The notes under the pieces were generated by a model, which was not told the origin of the DNA, did not search any database, and saw nothing but the letters and a program-made list of their open reading frames with translations. From the IMG/VR virus record IMGVR_UViG_3300030202_003733, positions 96,001-160,000 of that record: 64,000 nucleotides of DNA; one strand, given 5' to 3'. Shown here piece after piece: positions 59,171-64,000 of the stretch. This DNA comes from a virus. How positions within the stretch are numbered: the stretch's first letter is position 1; each line of letters begins with the position of its first letter. Made by a program: the position numbers and the translations under genes.

Positions 59171-59952
59171 GTAATCCCCCTCGACATCCAGTCTGACATG
59201 TCGCTAGTTTTTAGTAAATACCTCAGAACATCAGGTGGAGACCCGCTTCTCATCATTGCTTGTATTGTATCTAATTGGTAACCGGTGTCTATTTCCAATG
59301 TATAATCAGTTACTAAAGGAAATACTTTACTACCAAATGCCTGTCCGTGAGCGGACAAAGTTTCTGGTTTTACTAAATCGATGTAGCCATTCGGCTGATA
59401 TGCTTTTGGGAAGACTTGTCGAGGAAGATTTGTGTAATTTTTATTCCCGTTAAAATCCTCAAAAAATCCCTTAAAGTATTTTTGTCCTAATTTTAAACAC
59501 TTGTACGGGGACTCTGGAAGCTCGTGTGCAGACCTAGCTGCCGTAGACTCGGCGTACTCAGCGCTGTTTTGATATAAATCTATGTAATCATCTATTTTTT
59601 TTGGATCTCTAATCGGTGTGGTGGGCCTAATAAAGGCTATACACTCTTCCTCCCCTCCCCCTTCATAGTAGCCCTGCTTTGTCAAAAAATGATTAATAAC
59701 ATCAAAATCGGTGGATGTGTCGGTTGCATATCTTGCGGGTCTCATAAATGGAACTTCAGCACCATATTTTATTGCTTCCCTTGCTATTTCATCACTATCC
59801 GTAGATACAACTATCCTATCTATTCTTTTTGACATTTTACAGGCAGCTATGGAATACGCTATTAGCGGAAACCCTACCACCTTTGCGATATTCTTTCTAG
59901 GGACGCCCTTGCTGCCGCCCCGTGCAGGAATAAGGGCTGTTATTCCGGCCAC
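59167..59952 (-). CDS. neuA: Acylneuraminate (nonulosonate) cytidylyltransferase
   Basis: LIPARGGSKGVPRKNI, VSTDSDEI, RPTTP, PRQ...YQPNG, EIDT. Confidence 0.9.
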   Translation of the reverse strand: MAGITALIPARGGSKGVPRKNIAKVVGFPLIAYSIAACKMSKRIDRIVVSTDSDEIAREAIKYGAEVPFMRPARYATDTSTDFDVINHFLTKQGYYEGGGEEECIAFIRPTTPIRDPKKIDDYIDLYQNSAEYAESTAARSAHELPESPYKCLKLGQKYFKGFFEDFNGNKNYTNLPRQVFPKAYQPNGYIDLVKPETLSAHGQAFGSKVFPLVTDYTLEIDTGYQLDTIQAMMRSGSPPDVLRYLLKTSDMSDWMSRGIT

Positions 59953-60779
59953 TGATGATTCCTAAGTTTATCTCTGACCGGAACTTCCGACTCTTGCACA
60001 GTCTTTGTGGGGCTGCCAAGGGACAGTTCTACTGTCCTAATATCTTTAACCAGTCTCGTTAGATCATCTAATTCAATAGACGCAGGCTGGTCCGAGCCAT
60101 ACATGGTTTTATCAAGTGTAATGTGCCTCTCGATACAGGTAGCGCCCATGGCGGCTGCCGAGACGGATACAATACGGCCAGTCTCATGGCCACTATAACC
60201 AGCGGCACACTTAAATACATCCCTAAGCGTCCACATAGCCCTTAAGTTAGCGGCCTCATTCTTCATAGGATAAGTGCTATTACAATGCATTAATGTAAAT
60301 GGACAATCGTGATGATTAAATGTGTTTACAACACGCTCAATTTCTTCCATAGTGCTCATGCCTGTGGAAATAAATGTGTGCCTGCCTTCCCTAGCAATTT
60401 CCTCAACCAGTTCCTTATATGTTAGAAGCGCCGAAGCGATCTTGTTGTGTTTCAGATTGTACTGCTTTAAAAAGTCTTGACTTTTTAAATCCCAAGCAGA
60501 GGCAAACCAATCGATTCCCACCGCTTTACAATACCGATCAATTTCATCATATTCTTGCTTTCCAAATTCGAGCCCAAGTTTTTGCTCTCTATTGGTTGTC
60601 CCCCAGGGGCTTTCTCTCGGTCTGTCCAAATCAGCTTTCGTATAGACTTTTTCTACACACCTCTTTTGAAATTTAACAGCGTCACAGCCTGCTCTGACCG
60701 CACCATCAATCATCTTCTTAGCGATGTCTAAATCGCCATTATGGTTAATACCAATTTCTGCTATAATATAAACACTCAT
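59940..60779 (-). CDS. neuB: N-acetylneuraminate (nonulosonate) synthase family, lacking the C-terminal SAF/AFP domain
   Basis: IIAEIGINHNGD, DAVKFQK, KIAS, ISTGMS, MHCNSTYP, GYSGHE, IERHITLD..MYGSDQ.AS; only 279 aa. Confidence 0.9.
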   Translation of the reverse strand: MSVYIIAEIGINHNGDLDIAKKMIDGAVRAGCDAVKFQKRCVEKVYTKADLDRPRESPWGTTNREQKLGLEFGKQEYDEIDRYCKAVGIDWFASAWDLKSQDFLKQYNLKHNKIASALLTYKELVEEIAREGRHTFISTGMSTMEEIERVVNTFNHHDCPFTLMHCNSTYPMKNEAANLRAMWTLRDVFKCAAGYSGHETGRIVSVSAAAMGATCIERHITLDKTMYGSDQPASIELDDLTRLVKDIRTVELSLGSPTKTVQESEVPVRDKLRNHQWPE

Positions 60780-60794
60780 AATAACTCCTAATGT

Positions 60795-60823
60795 ATACTA
60801 ACTCTTAACAACAATAATGTCAA
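60795..60823 (-). promoter_or_regulatory. sigma70-type promoter for the neuB-neuA module
   Basis: TTGACA (60823-60818, overlapping the upstream TGA stop), a 17 nt spacer, TAGTAT (60800-60795), then AGGAG and the ATG at 60779. Confidence 0.7.
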
Positions 60824-61749
60824 GGCAATTCTCCTTTTACAAAAACATCGTGCCAAGAGCTTCTGTCTAAATTGATAATTTCAATATCAAGCTTCTCGGC
60901 ACTCTCCTTTATAATTTTCATATCGTCTAATATAAAATCCCTAAAAACGTGCTTCCAGTGGCCAACGTTTGGAAAATTTATTGGTAAATTAGCGTCTGTA
61001 TTTGCATAACCAACACTATAATCAAGGTCCATTCCGGTAATATATATTGGGTTACAACCCATATGTATTGCTAACATAATAGCAAACATACCCACTGTTT
61101 GACCTGGGCCTGCGTGTTTGTTGTGCCCTGATATCTCCTGTAGGTGTTCTTGAAGGGTTTTATTTATAAAATGATCACAACAATCACCGTGTGACCTCCA
61201 AGCGGGAGCTATGTGGCCATGCACTTGGGCAACCACGGGGTGTACTCCGTGTGTATTTGGTCGGCTCCACATTTGTGGATTGTTACCATAATCTCTATAG
61301 TCTAAATTTTTGTGGTTATCATAATGATGTTTAAAATTTTTAAGTATCTGTGAGCACTTGTGTTTCTTAAAATGTTTTGTATCGTAAGGCAAATAATCAC
61401 ATTTTAAATGTTTTTCTATAAAATCAAATTTCGTCAAGTCCGCTGTTGCGTTGTACAGCAGGGGAACATTGTATTTATTAAATACGTTCTTTGGATACCC
61501 ACGAGAGTTCCATATATGATTTTCTGTAATTGAATTTTTAATTGTAAATTCGCCGTTAGAAACAACCCAGTAATCAGGTTTTTCAGTAAAAAAACTGTAC
61601 CACTCGTTCACAGAAAATCTTAATAACTTTTCTTCTCTTTGTAGTTTTTCTATACGGTCCTTAGAAAAATTTAAACTAGGGCCATGACAAGCCACGACAC
61701 ATGGTTTGTCCTTATGAGAATTACGAATTGTATCAAGTTCTATTTTCAT
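60820..61749 (-). CDS. DUF115/Maf- or CstII(GT42)-like putative CMP-nonulosonate transferase
   Basis: VVACHGPSL...RFSVN...PDYWVVSN...FAIMLAIHMGCNPIYITGMDLDY matches the GxGPSL...N...A..LG...IYL.G.D fold. Confidence 0.7.
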   Translation of the reverse strand: MKIELDTIRNSHKDKPCVVACHGPSLNFSKDRIEKLQREEKLLRFSVNEWYSFFTEKPDYWVVSNGEFTIKNSITENHIWNSRGYPKNVFNKYNVPLLYNATADLTKFDFIEKHLKCDYLPYDTKHFKKHKCSQILKNFKHHYDNHKNLDYRDYGNNPQMWSRPNTHGVHPVVAQVHGHIAPAWRSHGDCCDHFINKTLQEHLQEISGHNKHAGPGQTVGMFAIMLAIHMGCNPIYITGMDLDYSVGYANTDANLPINFPNVGHWKHVFRDFILDDMKIIKESAEKLDIEIINLDRSSWHDVFVKGELP

Positions 61750-62249
61750 ACTTTTAAAATTAAATCCACATACTTAGCTGAAATTTTTTCGCCGGGAACA
61801 GAGAAGCTTCGAACTAAACCAGAGTAGCCCACGTATCCTAATATGGCTTTAGCAGCGTCCTGGACAGATATGAGTTCCATAACTCCGCTAGGTTTGACCG
61901 AGCCTTCAGAGAGGCCTTTTATGACTGATTTGTGTGATATAAAAGTGGGAAGTCTTACGACTATGGACTTTAAAGAATTGGCCAGTAAATATGACTCTGC
62001 TGTGTGCTTATAATATGTATAATATGTTTCTTTTGTGGAACTAGTTGAAACAAATATAATTTTTTTATTTTTATGTTTCTCAACAAACTTCACAAATCTA
62101 TCGTACTCTTTTTTCTGTGAGCTTTCCGCTTTATTTGATACATTCCAAGTATGATAAATATAAACTTCGTCATCACAGGCAATAGAGTCTAAAATTAAAG
62201 CCAGAGAATTCCCTAGCTGACCCCTGCCCCCTACAAGCGTGACACTCAC
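61746..62249 (-). CDS. Short Rossmann-fold NAD-dependent epimerase/reductase-like protein
   Basis: LVGGRGQLG, FVST, YTYYK (YxxxK), VVRLP; much shorter than typical family members. Confidence 0.55.
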   Translation of the reverse strand: MSVTLVGGRGQLGNSLALILDSIACDDEVYIYHTWNVSNKAESSQKKEYDRFVKFVEKHKNKKIIFVSTSSTKETYYTYYKHTAESYLLANSLKSIVVRLPTFISHKSVIKGLSEGSVKPSGVMELISVQDAAKAILGYVGYSGLVRSFSVPGEKISAKYVDLILKV

Positions 62250-62998
62250 AACTCTTCCAGCGGGCTACATCTTTTCATCCCCCTAATTCTTTGTTCCGTT
62301 GCGAGTTGTGTTGCGTGATCTACCTTATCAACATTTAATGGGTTGTCGCGATTATATACATAAAGAACTTTATTTATAAAATGACTTTTATGTCCCGCAA
62401 GTTCAAATAAGGGGTAAGTCCAAGCTAGGTCCCACGCGTACATAAAATGATGTTCTCTGTCGCCGGACTCTACAAAACACTCGTCACTAAGGCTATCCCA
62501 AAGTCCATATTTAAAAGTCTGTAAATGCGAAGTTGTCCATGGTGCTTCTCTAATACAGTTATTATCGATTACATAATCTGGAACTTTTTTAGAAAATTTG
62601 CCAACGATACCAGACGGGTATTCTACATAACTGCCGTAAGTCATCCAACAAGAGTGTTTGATATATTCTTCATTCAATATTTTAAGTGAATCTTTTGTGG
62701 CAAGCCAATCATCACCATGTAGCACAACGACAACATCCTCTTTACTGGGTGCAGTTGTTGAGAGTGCGCTGCGTATGTTCTCAAATGGGTATTTTTTTTC
62801 AGTGTTTTCTATTAAAAGAAATCTATCGTCGCCGTCAATTGTTTTTTTTATAATCTCCACCGATTCATCAGTAGATAAATCGTCAATAAGAATACACTGG
62901 AAATTTTTATAGCTCTGATGTTTAACACTCAATAACGTTTTTCTGATCCATTTATCGACATTATAGAAAGGTATGACCACTTTAAAATGATTAGACAC
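62246..62998 (-). CDS. Glycosyltransferase family 2
   Basis: VVIPFYNVDKWI...ILIDDLSTDES...VLHGDDW. Confidence 0.85.
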   Translation of the reverse strand: MSNHFKVVIPFYNVDKWIRKTLLSVKHQSYKNFQCILIDDLSTDESVEIIKKTIDGDDRFLLIENTEKKYPFENIRSALSTTAPSKEDVVVVLHGDDWLATKDSLKILNEEYIKHSCWMTYGSYVEYPSGIVGKFSKKVPDYVIDNNCIREAPWTTSHLQTFKYGLWDSLSDECFVESGDREHHFMYAWDLAWTYPLFELAGHKSHFINKVLYVYNRDNPLNVDKVDHATQLATEQRIRGMKRCSPLEEL

Positions 62999-63824
62999 CT
63001 AGTGCCTCCAACACCATAATTGGTATTTCGTCTCTTTTGTTTTCCATCAAATCTATCAAAGCCTCGCCCTTGTTGACAAACCAAGATTCGCCTGCGGCTC
63101 CTACTAAACTATTTGTTACTACTTTCATATTCATCATCCTTGCCTCCACAACTATCCTTGAGAGAGTCTCGGGCGTTTTAGGAAAGAAAACTAGTGTTTC
63201 ATTAGCACCAAGCTTTTCTAAAAATTGGTCATGTTCACAGGGCATTATTAATTCGTATTCTATTTTTTTTTCCGTACAATACTGCTTAGAGTGTTCTGTA
63301 CCTTTGTGCAATATATTAGAATACATAATGGAACTGCGACCAGATTTAGTGTTTTTAGACAAAAGACGTAATGTATCTAAAGTTTCTTTCGCCCACAAGT
63401 TGCCGCCAACACTAATAATATTGTTCATTTTTAAATTTTTCTTAACTATATTGGCATGAAAATCCGATTGGCAAAAAACAGCTTTTGCTGTTTTATAAAA
63501 CTCATAATTAATAATCGCTTTGTTCGGAGCCTTAAAATCTTTATAAGCAGCAGGGTTTCTATTGCGTAAATATTTGTGATCATGTTCATAAATAATATAT
63601 TTTTTTCTTTGAATCGCACTTTTGTTTTGTTCAGATAAATTTATAAAGTTAGAAACTATAATAGCATCACTGCTTAAAATATTGTATTCGCTAACCAAGT
63701 GGCTGTTCACACATAAAACTTCATGTCCTTTACTACGCAGTAAATCAATTAGAACTGAGTTGTTCAGTTCTCCGCCACCGTTAACTTGGTCTGCAAAGAA
63801 ATCTGCTATGAAATGAATTTTCAC
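62991..63824 (-). CDS. Glycosyltransferase (GT-B, GT4-like)
   Basis: GGGELNN N-terminus; FFPKTPETLSRIVVEARMMN corresponds to the ExxGxxxxEA donor-binding motif; GTG start. Confidence 0.65.
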   Translation of the reverse strand: MKIHFIADFFADQVNGGGELNNSVLIDLLRSKGHEVLCVNSHLVSEYNILSSDAIIVSNFINLSEQNKSAIQRKKYIIYEHDHKYLRNRNPAAYKDFKAPNKAIINYEFYKTAKAVFCQSDFHANIVKKNLKMNNIISVGGNLWAKETLDTLRLLSKNTKSGRSSIMYSNILHKGTEHSKQYCTEKKIEYELIMPCEHDQFLEKLGANETLVFFPKTPETLSRIVVEARMMNMKVVTNSLVGAAGESWFVNKGEALIDLMENKRDEIPIMVLEALGV

Positions 63825-64000
63825 TCAAATACCTGCTCAGAGTTTTCTAGCTCGGAGAGCCAACTTTCCATTTCAATAAAATCAGGGCCACACATTGAGT
63901 TTGCAAATAATTCATATTGCTTCTCCGGAGCGAATTCGACACAAACGTGTTTATAGAGTTTTTTAGCCATAGACTTATATTTTTTATAGTTATTTCTAAC
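63821..64000 (-). CDS. C-terminal fragment of a probable GT-B glycosyltransferase; runs off the right edge; not in the ORF track
   Basis: Manual translation: VRNNYKKYKSMAKKLYKHVCVEFAPEKQYELFANSM...QVFE*. GTGA overlap with the next gene. Confidence 0.45.
   Translation of the reverse strand, partial: VRNNYKKYKSMAKKLYKHVCVEFAPEKQYELFANSMCGPDFIEMESWLSELENSEQVFE

Noticed and set aside
787-63816. All + strand ORFs in the track (for example 23765-24436, 20361-20849, 36554-36985) and short alternative-frame minus-strand ORFs
   Set aside because: They lie antisense to or inside long motif-bearing genes, show no recognisable motifs or SD sites, and are expected shadows.
1-64000. Interpretation as a eukaryotic giant virus (NCLDV) because of the glycosylation genes
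   Set aside because: SD sites, sigma70 promoters, a sigma factor, overlapping operons and gp6/gp25/gp5-like baseplate genes indicate a bacteriophage.
1-64000. tRNA, rRNA, CRISPR arrays, integrase/transposase, introns/inteins, DGR, stop-codon reassignment
   Set aside because: None recognised. Intergenic gaps are under about 55 nt, long ORFs are intact in code 11 and enzyme lengths are normal. tRNAscan-SE or Infernal would be needed to exclude small RNAs formally.

Overview
This window is a gene-dense, single-strand (all genes on the minus strand) fragment of a large tailed bacteriophage, most likely a jumbo myovirus. It uses the standard genetic code, Shine-Dalgarno sites and many 1-4 nt stop/start overlaps. 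In transcription order (right to left) there are three blocks. (1) 43.6-64 kb is a roughly 20 kb glycan-biosynthesis locus of about 25 genes, open at the right edge. It has glycosyltransferases, a complete nonulosonic-acid-type module (NeuB-like synthase, NeuA-like cytidylyltransferase, CstII/Maf-like transferase) with accessory SDR, aminotransferase, epimerase and methyltransferase, two His-type sugar 3-dehydratases, RmlB, RmlC, split HldE-like kinase and nucleotidyltransferase, split transketolase and a B12-dependent radical SAM enzyme. (2) A phage sigma factor at 42 kb precedes a 33 kb virion/baseplate block: gp5-like OB-fold and spike, gp25-like, gp6/baseplate-J-like wedge, a 2202 aa acidic protein, a 3244 aa LamG protein and several tail-collar-like paralogs. 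(3) At the left end are RuvC, three proteins sharing a putative head-targeting motif (annexin-repeat/Gly-zipper/LysM; CHAP-like plus lytic-transglycosylase-like; HhH glycosylase-like), a phosphodiester glycosidase, DNA primase and the 5' end of an SbcD/Mre11 nuclease that the ORF track missed. Two promoter classes are visible: sigma70-type TTGACA-N17-TA(G/T)(T/A)(A/C)T, and an 8-mer ACTA(A/T/C)TTA upstream of structural genes. The most interesting hypothesis is a phage-autonomous virion O-glycosylation system, because a subset of the structural proteins is strongly enriched in [S/T]-[G/A/S]-[S/T] tripeptides next to the glycan locus. All functional calls come from motif recognition by eye; no database searches were run.
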